Counted from the first letter of the stretch, positions 32,812 through 42,142 are shown. The stretch is DNA of 64,000 nt from an uncultured Clostridium sp. (GCA_900552555.1 URZW01000003.1:40680-104679), one strand, 5' to 3'. Numbers and translations: made by a program. The notes: generated from the letters alone by a model not told the origin.

Positions 32812-32871
32812 ATATTACGTAATACGTAATACGAATGCGACAAGGTACAAAAAAAGAAAGGAAGTGATTAG

Positions 32872-33096
32872 ATGGAAAAGATATTAGAAGAAATTAATTC
32901 AAAATTAGAAATACTATTAAATAAAAAAGATGATTTTGAATTATTAACTGCTGAACAAATATCAGAAGAAACAGGAATACCAATAAATAATGTAAGAAAA
33001 CTTTTTAATGATAAAGATATGGCAGTTCAAACGTATACAAAACCAAGATTAGTAACAAGAAAAGCTTGGAATGAATTTATAAGTGAAAGAAGGTGA
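32872..33096 (+). CDS. Small DNA-binding (excisionase/HTH-like) protein
   Basis: 74 aa; TAEQISEETGIPINNVRKLFND is HTH-like. Confidence 0.35.
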   Translation: MEKILEEINSKLEILLNKKDDFELLTAEQISEETGIPINNVRKLFNDKDMAVQTYTKPRLVTRKAWNEFISERR

Positions 33097-33102
33097 AAAC
33101 AA

Positions 33103-33228
33103 ATGAAAAGAAAACTAGATACAAATAAAATATACAACTTTATTGGACGAGCAGTAGTATATAGCAGTTTATACATAGCAACAGTAGCATTTTCAGTATG
33201 GGGATTTTTACAAGGAATGACTTATTAA
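33103..33228 (+). CDS. Small hydrophobic protein (41 aa)
   Basis: RBS AAGGTG; one TM-like segment. Confidence 0.3.
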   Translation: MKRKLDTNKIYNFIGRAVVYSSLYIATVAFSVWGFLQGMTY

Positions 33229-33245
33229 AATAGGAGGAAAAGATA

Positions 33246-33416
33246 ATGGATGAAAAGACAAAAAGAAATGAATTATTAATTACATTAGCAGATGTAAATA
33301 ATTTAATCAAAGACATAGAAGATGAACAAAAATATAATGCCGAGTCAGTAATCAACTTGAGGAATCAATTACTAACGGCATATTCATTAAAGGTACAAAT
33401 ATTAAATAACTTGTAA
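33246..33416 (+). CDS. Phage ORFan (56 aa)
   Basis: RBS TAGGAGGAAAAG. Confidence 0.35.
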   Translation: MDEKTKRNELLITLADVNNLIKDIEDEQKYNAESVINLRNQLLTAYSLKVQILNNL

Positions 33417-33451
33417 TTCTTTGATAAAAAATAATTAGATGGAGGGAAAAG

Positions 33452-33685
33452 ATGAAAATAAGTTTTAAAAATATTAATAAAAGAAACTTGAAAAAAAGAA
33501 AAGAATTAATAGAAGAATTATTAGAAAAAGACTTTTCAAGCATGGAATTTAATCAAGAAAATTTAGAAAAAGCGAAGGAACTTGCAAAAAATTACAAAGA
33601 AGCTACTTCAAACGATTGGAGTACTAGACCAGTTGAAATAATAATAGCAAATTCTGAGGGGACAGAACTTGCTACGATTAGGTAA
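33452..33685 (+). CDS. Phage ORFan (77 aa)
   Basis: RBS GGAGGGAAAAG. Confidence 0.4.
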   Translation: MKISFKNINKRNLKKRKELIEELLEKDFSSMEFNQENLEKAKELAKNYKEATSNDWSTRPVEIIIANSEGTELATIR

Positions 33686-33687
33686 TA

Positions 33688-33891
33688 CTATTTACTTAGT
33701 AGTTTAATAGATTTAACAATATCAGATAAAGAATAGTAATATTGTGTAGCAATATCTTCTAAATCTTGTTGTTGTGAAGAAGTAAAATCACTATTTTTGA
33801 TTATGTCTTTAATTTCTTCTTTGTAACTTTCAATATTACTTTCAAGATAGTTATATATATCTGATTTTGAAGATATATTTTTAAGATTCAT
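33688..33891 (-). CDS. Phage ORFan on the opposite strand (67 aa)
   Basis: RBS GAGGTGA. It is convergent with the early operon. Confidence 0.4.
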   Translation of the reverse strand: MNLKNISSKSDIYNYLESNIESYKEEIKDIIKNSDFTSSQQQDLEDIATQYYYSLSDIVKSIKLLSK

Positions 33892-33960
33892 GTAATCACC
33901 TCACTTTCTAAGTGAGAGTATAACTTATTTTACAAAATTTTACAAGAAAGGAGTAAAAAC

Positions 33961-34125
33961 ATGGGAAACAAGAGAGTAACATCATTATATATAAGACTAA
34001 ATGACAATAGATTAATAGACATTGAACAAGACAAATTTAGGCAAAGACTAGATAGACTACATTCTAACTGGAGTAAGTTAATACAGAAAAATAAAAAAGA
34101 ACTAGACGTCGGCAAAACATACTAG
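33961..34125 (+). CDS. Phage ORFan (54 aa)
   Basis: RBS AAAGGAGTAAAAAC. Confidence 0.35.
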   Translation: MGNKRVTSLYIRLNDNRLIDIEQDKFRQRLDRLHSNWSKLIQKNKKELDVGKTY

Positions 34126-34350
34126 TTCAGAAACACTTAAATATATGAATCTATTGTTATTATAACATTTTTAGCAATAGAAATCAAGAGGTGTAAAAAT
34201 GGTTGTAAAAGATTTAAGTAATAGTTTTCATCCATGCCCAAAACGGGCAATGTAATTTAACAAAGAAAAAGTTAGCAGATAAGCCTAAAAAAAATATTAA
34301 AGAAAATCAGAAGAAGCGGCACAGATGATGTAGTAACTGACTTTTGCATT

Positions 34351-34626
34351 ATGCCGAAAAGCACAAAATATAGTACGAAAAGAACTAATAAATATTGCGA
34401 AAGACATGAAGCTTATTATTCAAAAGCATATAGAAATAAAAGTATTAAAGACGGTCTGATTGTGTTTTTAACAGAAGAAGATCATAGAGGCACAAACGGG
34501 GTACATGGGAAAAACGGTGATAAGTTAAATAGATATTTAAAGAAAGTAGCACAAAAGGCATGGATGGAATACTACAAAAAAACAGAAGAAGATTTTATAG
34601 AAAGATATGGAAAAAGTAATTTTTAG
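34351..34626 (+). CDS. Phage ORFan (91 aa, basic)
   Basis: ORF with no recognised motif. Confidence 0.35.
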   Translation: MPKSTKYSTKRTNKYCERHEAYYSKAYRNKSIKDGLIVFLTEEDHRGTNGVHGKNGDKLNRYLKKVAQKAWMEYYKKTEEDFIERYGKSNF

Positions 34627-34638
34627 GAGGATAAAAAC

Positions 34639-34779
34639 ATGGACAAAGAAGAAAAACTAAAAGAAAAAAGAGAAGAGATTATTAAGTTTTTGAAAGAAGA
34701 AAAAATAACAGCACATGATTGGGATTGGATGATAGTTAAATACATAAATCAAAAATATGAAGGATGTACATTGCAATAG
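34639..34779 (+). CDS. Phage ORFan (46 aa)
   Basis: RBS TAGGAGGATAAAAAC. Confidence 0.3.
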   Translation: MDKEEKLKEKREEIIKFLKEEKITAHDWDWMIVKYINQKYEGCTLQ

Positions 34780-34790
34780 GCAATGTACTG

Positions 34791-34994
34791 TCACACAGAG
34801 GTTATCCACTGAATTTGGGAAATATGAATATGATACATTTTGTCATCATGAATCAATCTAAGAAATTGATTAGTTGTTGATAGATTTTTCTTAGATAAAA
34901 AGTCATTTACAAATATTTCTGATGTTTCATCTTCAATATAGTCATTATCACCAAGTTCAGTCCATACACCTTTTAAATTGGCGTAAACTACCAT
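34791..34994 (-). CDS. Phage ORFan on the opposite strand (67 aa, acidic)
   Basis: Internal ATG preceded by AAAGGCGGTGATTAT. Confidence 0.4.
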   Translation of the reverse strand: MVVYANLKGVWTELGDNDYIEDETSEIFVNDFLSKKNLSTTNQFLRLIHDDKMYHIHISQIQWITSV

Positions 34995-35052
34995 ATAATC
35001 ACCGCCTTTCAAAGTGATTATATCATAATAACAGAAAAGGAGAAATAGAAAA

Positions 35053-35808
35053 ATGGACAATCCGAATTATTATGCAATAATACCCGCAAAAGTAAGGTAT
35101 GATGATAGATTAAGAGCAAATGAAAAATTGCTATATGGAGAAATATCAGCATTATCAAACAAAGACGGTGAATGTTGGGCTAGTAATTCATATTTTGCAA
35201 AAGTATATCAAGTTACAACACCGGCTATAAGCAAGTGGATAAGTGATTTGGAAGAATGTGGATATATATCCGTAGAGTATATTAGAAAAAATGGTTCTAA
35301 AGAACTAGAAAAAAGAATCATACATTTAAACGAGGTATTAACAAATGTTAATGGGGGTATTAACAAAAAATTAAGGGGGTATTCACAAAAGTTTAAAGAG
35401 AATAATACAAGTATTAATAATAAAAAAGAAGAAGAAAGGAATTTTCAAAAAGAGCTAAAAGACGTTATTGAATTTTATGAGAATAATATAACACTAATAA
35501 CAGCGTTTATTTTAGAAGACATGGAAAACTATTTAAAGTCAGGACTGTATGCAGACTTAATTATCGAAGCAATGAAAGAAGCGGTTTCTAGAAACAAAAG
35601 AAATTGGAAATACGTAACTGGAATATTAAATGACTGCATAAACAACAAAGTGTATACAGTAAAACAATTTAAAATCAGACAAGAAGAATTTAAATCAAAT
35701 AAAACACAAACACATCAAAGCAATAGAACAAAAGAAAAAGTTGAATATGACGAAGTAGAATTTTCAAACGAAGAAGAATATAAAGAAAAGATACTAGGGA
35801 AAGGATAA
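35053..35808 (+). CDS. Phage replication initiation/helicase-loader protein (DnaD-like domain)
   Basis: N-terminal winged-helix-like domain and a C-terminal DnaD-type region (ITLITAFILEDMENYLKSG...AMKEAVSRNKRNWKYVTGIL). Confidence 0.6.
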   Translation: MDNPNYYAIIPAKVRYDDRLRANEKLLYGEISALSNKDGECWASNSYFAKVYQVTTPAISKWISDLEECGYISVEYIRKNGSKELEKRIIHLNEVLTNVNGGINKKLRGYSQKFKENNTSINNKKEEERNFQKELKDVIEFYENNITLITAFILEDMENYLKSGLYADLIIEAMKEAVSRNKRNWKYVTGILNDCINNKVYTVKQFKIRQEEFKSNKTQTHQSNRTKEKVEYDEVEFSNEEEYKEKILGKG

Positions 35809-35811
35809 AAA

Positions 35812-37059
35812 ATGTATGATGAAGAAATAGAAAAAACAGTTTTATACTACTTAATATTTGAGAAAGAACAAATAAATGTAAACGAAGATGACTTTTTTTT
35901 TCAAAAACATAAGCAAATAGTAAAAGCAATAAATGAACTAAAAAGTAAGAAACAAGAAATCAATATATTAAGTGTAAAAAATAAAATAAAAGGTAAAGAC
36001 ACTGAAGTATTAAAATATATAAGTATTATAGCAGAAAGTAGATTTGGTAGTTCAATAGAATATGCTTATAAAGAACTAAAAAGATTAAGTAAAAAAAGAA
36101 AATTATTGGAATTAAGCAAAGAAATACAAAAAGATATTGAAGAAGAAACAGAGCCAGAAATATACATAGAAAAGAAAATAAAAGAACTAACAGAAATAAA
36201 TCAAGATGGAGAAAAAGAAAAAACATTTTTAGACATAGTTTGTGAAACATCAGATGTAATTGAAAAGAAAAGATTACAAGGAACAGAATATGATTATAAA
36301 TATTTTACAGGAATATTTGATTTGGATAAGGCAACAAACGGGTTGCATGAAGAAGAACTTACAATAGTCGGAGCAAGACCAGGTGTCGGAAAAACAACTT
36401 TTGCATTACAAGTTGCACATAAAATTGCAAAAAAAGGTATATCAGTAGCAATTGTAAGTTTAGAAATGTCAGAAACACAAATAGTTCAAAAACTAATTTC
36501 AAAAGTGTCAAATGTTGATAGTAACAAGTTAAGGACAGGAAATTTAAATATACTTGAGCAAGAAAAAATAGCAATAGCAGAAGGAGAAATATCGGATTTA
36601 CCATTTTTTATAAATACAAGAGCTAGAAGTATACAAGAAATAGAAACATATGCTAGAAGACTAAAAAATAAAAATAATCTAGGGTTGTTAATTATAGATT
36701 ACATACAATTAGTTAAAAGTAAAAATAGATTTAATAGCAGAGAACAAGAGGTAGCAGAAATATCAAGAAGCTTAAAACTATTAAGCTTAGAATTAAAAAT
36801 ACCAATCATTGGACTATGTCAGTTAAATAGAAATGCTGCAAGAACAGAGCCTACATTAGCAGATTTAAGAGAAAGTGGAGCAATAGAGCAAGATGCTGAC
36901 AATGTAATTTTTATATACAAAGAAAATGAAAATGAAGAACCACAGCTAGTTGAAAATGTGATAATAGATTTGCAAAAACAAAGAGCAGGAGGACTTACAA
37001 AAGTAACAGTAAGATTTGACAAAAAAGTAAGTGAATTTAGAAATTTGATTAGGAGATAA
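35812..37059 (+). CDS. Replicative DNA helicase (DnaB-like)
   Basis: Walker A GARPGVGKTTFAL, IDYIQLV, and the RecA-like C-domain (LAD LRESGAIEQDADNVIFIY). Confidence 0.85.
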   Translation: MYDEEIEKTVLYYLIFEKEQINVNEDDFFFQKHKQIVKAINELKSKKQEINILSVKNKIKGKDTEVLKYISIIAESRFGSSIEYAYKELKRLSKKRKLLELSKEIQKDIEEETEPEIYIEKKIKELTEINQDGEKEKTFLDIVCETSDVIEKKRLQGTEYDYKYFTGIFDLDKATNGLHEEELTIVGARPGVGKTTFALQVAHKIAKKGISVAIVSLEMSETQIVQKLISKVSNVDSNKLRTGNLNILEQEKIAIAEGEISDLPFFINTRARSIQEIETYARRLKNKNNLGLLIIDYIQLVKSKNRFNSREQEVAEISRSLKLLSLELKIPIIGLCQLNRNAARTEPTLADLRESGAIEQDADNVIFIYKENENEEPQLVENVIIDLQKQRAGGLTKVTVRFDKKVSEFRNLIRR

Positions 37060-37175
37060 TGCTTATGAAAAAAGTGATTAAAGAAACAGATTTTCAAAAT
37101 GTAAGTAATATAGAAAAATGTAAATTGATATTACAAATTATAAAAGGACAAGCAATTTACACAAAAGGGGGATAA
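37059..37175 (+). CDS. Phage ORFan (38 aa)
   Basis: ATAATG overlap with the dnaB stop codon. RBS AGGAG. Confidence 0.3.
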   Translation: MLMKKVIKETDFQNVSNIEKCKLILQIIKGQAIYTKGG

Positions 37176-37179
37176 AAAG

Positions 37180-37462
37180 GTGAACAATATAACAAAAGAA
37201 ACAAGGAAAGAAAGTTATAAAAAATTAGAATTAAAAAAGAAAAGCAAATTAATATATGACAACTTAGATGGAGAATATACAGCAAGAGAATTGGCAAATA
37301 AATTGTATAAGAAGCGGATTAACAAGAACGGCAGAAAGACAAGAAACAGCACCACGATTAACTGAATTAGTAGAGTACGATTTAGTAGAAGTAGTCGGCA
37401 AGAAATTTGATTCAATAAGCAACTGTAATGTAGCAGTTTATAAAAGAAAAGGAGAAACGTAA
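37180..37462 (+). CDS. Small basic protein region: two overlapping ORFs (37180-37365, 37268-37462), possibly one frameshifted HTH-like gene
   Basis: Both frames give plausible peptide. The second frame reads LTRTAERQETAPRLTELVEYDLVEVVGK. Confidence 0.3.
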
Positions 37463-37463
37463 A

Positions 37464-37790
37464 ATGTTAAAATTATTTAAAAATTTGAATAAAAAATCAG
37501 AAGTAAAAATATGTGAATATGCACAAAAGAACATAAATGAATTATCAAGAATTATAAATAGACCTCACGAAGGTGAAATAGTTAGAATAGAAAACATTAA
37601 AATAAATAAAAAATTCAAGTCTCCGCAAGATGAAAAGTTAAGAAAAAGATTGGAGTATTTTGGTAAACACAATTATTTTAGAAGTACAATTATTTTAAAT
37701 AATAAAAATTATCTTGTTGATGGATATACAACATATTTATTAGCAAAAGATATGAAATTTGATTATATAACAATATTAAGAGAAAAATAA
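37464..37790 (+). CDS. Phage protein, possibly ParB/Srx-like nuclease domain
   Basis: 108 aa; LVDGYTTYLLAKDMKFDYITI weakly resembles the ParB N-terminal motif. Confidence 0.35.
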   Translation: MLKLFKNLNKKSEVKICEYAQKNINELSRIINRPHEGEIVRIENIKINKKFKSPQDEKLRKRLEYFGKHNYFRSTIILNNKNYLVDGYTTYLLAKDMKFDYITILREK

Positions 37791-37849
37791 AATATTTGAA
37801 AAAGTTTATACAAATTTGGAATTAAGAATAATAAAATAAAAACCCTCAC

Positions 37850-37948
37850 TTAGGAGGGCTGAGCACTTATTATGATAAATGCTACAAATAATGAAAACAA
37901 TAAAACTGTAAGATGAGCTAATAAAAAGCCTTTAATGAAATCTTTCAT
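37850..37948 (-). CDS. 32-aa hydrophobic peptide, type I toxin-like (MKDFIKGFLLAHLTVLLFSLFVAFIIISAQPS)
   Basis: Strong RBS AAAGGAGGCAG 6 nt upstream of the ATG. One TM helix after a charged N-terminus. Its 3' end overlaps a plus-strand hairpin (CCCTCACTTAGGAGGG). Confidence 0.45.
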   Translation of the reverse strand: MKDFIKGFLLAHLTVLLFSLFVAFIIISAQPS

Positions 37949-38134
37949 ACTGCCTCCTTTAGTGGGGTGTAGAGATACTAAAGTATCTCAAAAAATTATT
38001 AAGTTAAATAAATTATAGCACTATATTAAATGAAAGTCAAAAAAGGCAATACAAACAGATTATATAAAAATTAAATGGAAGGAACATAAGAGATGATTGA
38101 AGTAAACGAATATGTGAAAACAGATTTAAAGTAG

Positions 38135-38596
38135 GTGAAGAAGATGAATAGAGAGATAAAGTTTAGAGGAAAAATGATACCAGAAAATGAATGGATTTTT
38201 CGAACAATATTAAGAATACCAGCTCCACCTGTATGTTTTGGAAAAAGTGAAACAGATAAATACTATATACAGTTTCCAGACCCAAGATATATGCCAGACT
38301 GGAATATGCCATATAAAATGGTACAAGGAGAAGTAAATGCAGATACAATAGGACAATACACAGGACTAGACGATAAAAACGGAAAAGAAATATACGAGGG
38401 AGATGTAGTATATTGTCAAACAAAATATGGAAAGGCAAAGGCAATAATTAAATTTATAGATGGCAAATTTGCAGCATATTGGAATAGTGCACTTACGCAT
38501 CCAGAAAATGGACATCATATTGCTTGTTATGAAATAAACAAAAGATTTGAAGTAATTGGAAATATATACGATAATCCAGAGTTATTAGGAGGCTAA
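38135..38596 (+). CDS. YopX-family phage protein
   Basis: C-terminal hallmark EVIGNIYDNPELL and the motif GKEIYEGD. Confidence 0.75.
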   Translation: MKKMNREIKFRGKMIPENEWIFRTILRIPAPPVCFGKSETDKYYIQFPDPRYMPDWNMPYKMVQGEVNADTIGQYTGLDDKNGKEIYEGDVVYCQTKYGKAKAIIKFIDGKFAAYWNSALTHPENGHHIACYEINKRFEVIGNIYDNPELLGG

Positions 38597-38601
38597 TAGA
38601 T

Positions 38602-38721
38602 ATGTTAAAAATAAGAGATGATGTAGATTTAAAAGAACTTGAAAAGTTTGGGTTTAAACCAGATTATTATATAGATGACAAAGTATATGTTAAAGAATTT
38701 AAAAAGCGGATTATTTTATAA
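38602..38721 (+). CDS. Phage ORFan (39 aa)
   Basis: RBS TAGGAGGCTAATAG. Confidence 0.3.
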   Translation: MLKIRDDVDLKELEKFGFKPDYYIDDKVYVKEFKKRIIL

Positions 38722-38979
38722 AGAGTATATTATTATTTGGTTTAAAGATAGAGAAATACAGATTAGAAATAATGGGCAAATATTATTAGAAACATTATAC
38801 GATTTAATCAAAGCAAATTTAGTAGTAAAGGAGTAAATATGGAAGAGCCAATAGACTGTGTAAAAATAATTATAGATTATTGTAAAGAAAATTATAATAA
38901 ATGTGAAAATTGCGAGATAGACCATATATGCGAAAAATATTTTGTTAGAGAACCTAGGAAATGGAGGAGTAAATAAGAT

Positions 38980-39177
38980 ATGTTATTTTGTGAAAAGGAA
39001 GATTGTAAATTTAGAAGTAAAACAAAGTGTAAAAACTTTACGATAGGTGGCAAACCAGCTTATAAATGTAAAGCTAAACATACTCTTATTAGTTTTTATG
39101 CTGATGGTTCTAGTGATACATTTATACCTGCTGATAATACTTGTACTTGTTTAACATATCGTAAGAGAGAGGAGTAA
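38980..39177 (+). CDS. Phage ORFan, Cys-rich (65 aa)
   Basis: RBS GGAGGAG. Confidence 0.35.
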   Translation: MLFCEKEDCKFRSKTKCKNFTIGGKPAYKCKAKHTLISFYADGSSDTFIPADNTCTCLTYRKREE

Positions 39178-39184
39178 ATAAGAT

Positions 39185-39442
39185 ATGAAAATAAGAGAAT
39201 TAAAAATAACAAGCAAGATAGCTGATAAACATAAAAAGACAATGAATGCTTTGTATATTATTACTTACATATTATTATTTCCATTTGTAATATTAGATTA
39301 TTTGTCAGATTTTTTAGAATGGCTATGCAATAAAATGTCATGGTTTAGAACTGATATTGTATATACAACATTTAAAATTATATACAAGAAAGAAATTATA
39401 GCAGATATGCAAAAGAGAGGTGTTTTAAGTGAAAGAAAATAG
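39185..39442 (+). CDS. Phage membrane ORFan (85 aa)
   Basis: RBS GAGGAG; one TM segment. Confidence 0.35.
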   Translation: MKIRELKITSKIADKHKKTMNALYIITYILLFPFVILDYLSDFLEWLCNKMSWFRTDIVYTTFKIIYKKEIIADMQKRGVLSERK

Positions 39443-39839
39443 TATAGAAGAAGATATAAAAATGATAGAAATATTAAAAAACAAAAACCTTTACATAAAC
39501 ATTAAACCGAAAAGTAGTATATGTATTGATTGTATAAACAAAAACAAAAACAAACATATAGAAGCAGAAGTAGTAATTAATGAAAAATTGGAAGAAGCAA
39601 TAAACTATATTTTATCAGATTATAAAAGAGTATTAAAAGAGAATGAAGAATTAAAAAAATTCCATATACAAGATAATAAACATTTGGATTTTATAATGCA
39701 GCATAGTATTCCAGTTCAAAAAGTAAAAGACAAGATAGAAGAATATAAGAAAATGTTACTAAGTTGCAATAGATTTTCTGATGTTGACAGAATAAAAGCA
39801 ATTAATGAAAGAATATTAGAGTTACAAGAACTACTATAA
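39429..39839 (+). CDS. Phage ORFan (136 aa)
   Basis: ORF ending in a ...ELQELL tail, followed by the repeated junction sequence (see findings). Confidence 0.4.
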   Translation: MKENSIEEDIKMIEILKNKNLYINIKPKSSICIDCINKNKNKHIEAEVVINEKLEEAINYILSDYKRVLKENEELKKFHIQDNKHLDFIMQHSIPVQKVKDKIEEYKKMLLSCNRFSDVDRIKAINERILELQELL

Positions 39840-39854
39840 GGGAGAAAATAAAAA

Positions 39855-40112
39855 ATGGAAGAAAAATATATAAATAAAATATTGAATTTTTCAGATGAAA
39901 ATATATGTACTGAAAAAGAATTAATTATAAATAAAGAACAAGCAAAGAAAATTATTAAAGAATTACAAGAAGATTACACACCAAATGCAATAATAAAATT
40001 AAAAATTGCGGAATACAAACAAAGAAAAGCAAAATGTGATGATATAGAAACTGAAATTAGATTAGATGTGAAAATAAGAGCATATGAAGAACTACTAGAA
40101 GGGAGAAAATAA
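39855..40112 (+). CDS. Phage ORFan (85 aa)
   Basis: RBS AAGGGAG. Ends ...ELLEGRK, followed by the repeated junction sequence. Confidence 0.4.
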   Translation: MEEKYINKILNFSDENICTEKELIINKEQAKKIIKELQEDYTPNAIIKLKIAEYKQRKAKCDDIETEIRLDVKIRAYEELLEGRK

Positions 40113-40231
40113 AATGAACGGAAATGATAATGGATTCATAAAAAATAGAAATAAAGAAAAACAAAGGCAAAAAAACATAATAGAATATCAAAGAAAATTT
40201 TTAAATAAGAAAATGAAAAGAGGTAATAGAA

Positions 40232-40468
40232 ATGAGTAAAGTAATATGTCCGAATTGCGGAAGCGAAAAATTAACATATTTTAAAGAATTTTGTACTATA
40301 AGATATTATTTACTAGACAAAAATAACAATCCAACTAAAAAATGTACAAAGAAAAAAGAGGATTCTTGCAATATGCCAGAGAATTGGCAATGTTTAGATT
40401 GTGGTTATATATTCGGCGGTACAGCAAATATACAATATGCTTATAAGGGAGGACTAAACAATGAATGA
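40232..40468 (+). CDS. Zinc-ribbon protein (78 aa)
   Basis: CPNCGS...CLDCGY. RBS AGAGGTAATAG. Confidence 0.4.
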   Translation: MSKVICPNCGSEKLTYFKEFCTIRYYLLDKNNNPTKKCTKKKEDSCNMPENWQCLDCGYIFGGTANIQYAYKGGLNNE

Positions 40469-40586
40469 AGAAGAAGCAAAAAAACATTAGAGTATGGAAT
40501 AAAACTAGGAAGAAGGCAAGCTTTACAAGAGCTACTAGAAGGGAGAAAATAAAACAAGCAATAAATAAGAAAGTAGAGGAATTAGG

Positions 40587-40997
40587 ATGGAAATAAAAGA
40601 AAAAAGTTTAGATTTAAAATTAAATAAAGGACATGCAGTATGTTTTGATTTTGATGGTGTAATACATAAATATTCAAAAGGTTGGCAAGATGGAAGCATA
40701 TATGATGAATATAATAAGGAAGTAGTAGACTTAATGTTATTATTACAAAAATTAGAAATACCAATATTTATATGTTCTACAAGAGAACCAATACAAATAA
40801 TAAATTGGTGGAATAAACAAGGATTTTGGTGTGAAGCAATAAGTATAAGTAATGACAAAACATTTTGGAATGATTTGAAATATATAGGTGTAACAAATAG
40901 AAAATTACCAGCACAATTATATATAGATGATAGAGCATATAAATATACTGGACAAACAGTAAAACAGTTTATATTAGATAACTCAGAGGAGGACTAA
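40587..40997 (+). CDS. HAD-superfamily phosphatase-like protein
   Basis: DxDG motif (CFDFDGVIH). 136 aa. RBS AGAGGAATTAGG. Confidence 0.5.
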   Translation: MEIKEKSLDLKLNKGHAVCFDFDGVIHKYSKGWQDGSIYDEYNKEVVDLMLLLQKLEIPIFICSTREPIQIINWWNKQGFWCEAISISNDKTFWNDLKYIGVTNRKLPAQLYIDDRAYKYTGQTVKQFILDNSEED

Positions 40998-41000
40998 CAT

Positions 41001-41339
41001 ATGACAAAAGAACAAGCAATAGAAAGACTAAAAAAATTAGATTATTTACTTGATGATGTATATAGTACAGGATTAGTTGAAGATGAAGAAAGAAACAAAT
41101 ATCAAGATGCAATAGAAACGGTTTTGCCTATGCTAGAAGAAAAAGACAAAACAATTTCAAGTAAAGACAAAATAATAGATTTAATGGCAAATCATATAGC
41201 AACAAGTGATAGTGACTTATGCGAGTATTTAGATATAACAACTAAATGTAAATATTATGCAGGAGACAATGGAAAAACTTGTGATAACTGTATAAAACAA
41301 TATTTTGAAAATAAAGCAAAAGAATTATTAAATAAATAA
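41001..41339 (+). CDS. Phage ORFan (112 aa)
   Basis: RBS GAGGAGG. Confidence 0.4.
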   Translation: MTKEQAIERLKKLDYLLDDVYSTGLVEDEERNKYQDAIETVLPMLEEKDKTISSKDKIIDLMANHIATSDSDLCEYLDITTKCKYYAGDNGKTCDNCIKQYFENKAKELLNK

Positions 41340-41438
41340 AAGAGAATACTACATCTAAAGAGTTTCTAAAGAGAATCTAAAGAGATGTAGTATGAAAGAT
41401 AAAAATAATATATAGACATGTAAAAAGGAAGTGAAGAT

Positions 41439-41933
41439 ATGAATATAAAAGAAAAAATTGTTGCACTAATACCAAAAAAACAAGAAAGTGTAAAAGAAAT
41501 TAAGGTTCCTGATTTAAAACAATACTTAGTAAACGGTTATGAAGAAATAAGACAAGTAAAAAAGGAAAATATAGAACTAGAAAATCAGTTGGAAGAAGAA
41601 AAGAAAAATAAGCAACTATACGAAGGAGCTTTAGTAACATTATCAGAATTTCAACAAAGAGATAAAGATAACAAGAATGAAATTGATAGACTTAAAAATA
41701 AGATAAAAGAAAAAGAGCAAGAAATAAATAATATAAATTCACAACTTAATACATATAAAATTAGACAAATTGAATATGACAAAAGAGAGAAGAATTTAAA
41801 AAATGAAATAAATGAGAATGTAAAAAGAAAAATAAATATATTAAAAGACGATATATGTAACAAGATAAAAAATACTAAAGGAAACTTAAGCAAAGACAAA
41901 GTTATAGACATTGTATATAAAGAAGTGGAGTGA
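41439..41933 (+). CDS. Coiled-coil phage protein (164 aa)
   Basis: RBS AAAGGAAGTG; K/E-rich heptads. Confidence 0.4.
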   Translation: MNIKEKIVALIPKKQESVKEIKVPDLKQYLVNGYEEIRQVKKENIELENQLEEEKKNKQLYEGALVTLSEFQQRDKDNKNEIDRLKNKIKEKEQEINNINSQLNTYKIRQIEYDKREKNLKNEINENVKRKINILKDDICNKIKNTKGNLSKDKVIDIVYKEVE

Positions 41934-42130
41934 TACAAATGACTAAAACAATAAAAAATCTATTAAAAGCAAAAGAATTAATAGAGAAAAAACTAGATTT
42001 AAACAATAATTTACTTGAAACAATAAAAGTGTTGAGACAAGATGAAAACAGTCTAAAAGAAGAAAATGAAGCTTATGAGATAGCATTAAAACTAATTAAG
42101 AAAAAGATAAAAGAAGAATATAATAAATAA
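41930..42130 (+). CDS. Phage ORFan (66 aa)
   Basis: Translationally coupled to the preceding gene (ATGA overlap). Confidence 0.35.
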   Translation: MIQMTKTIKNLLKAKELIEKKLDLNNNLLETIKVLRQDENSLKEENEAYEIALKLIKKKIKEEYNK

Positions 42131-42142
42131 GGAGGGGCACTA

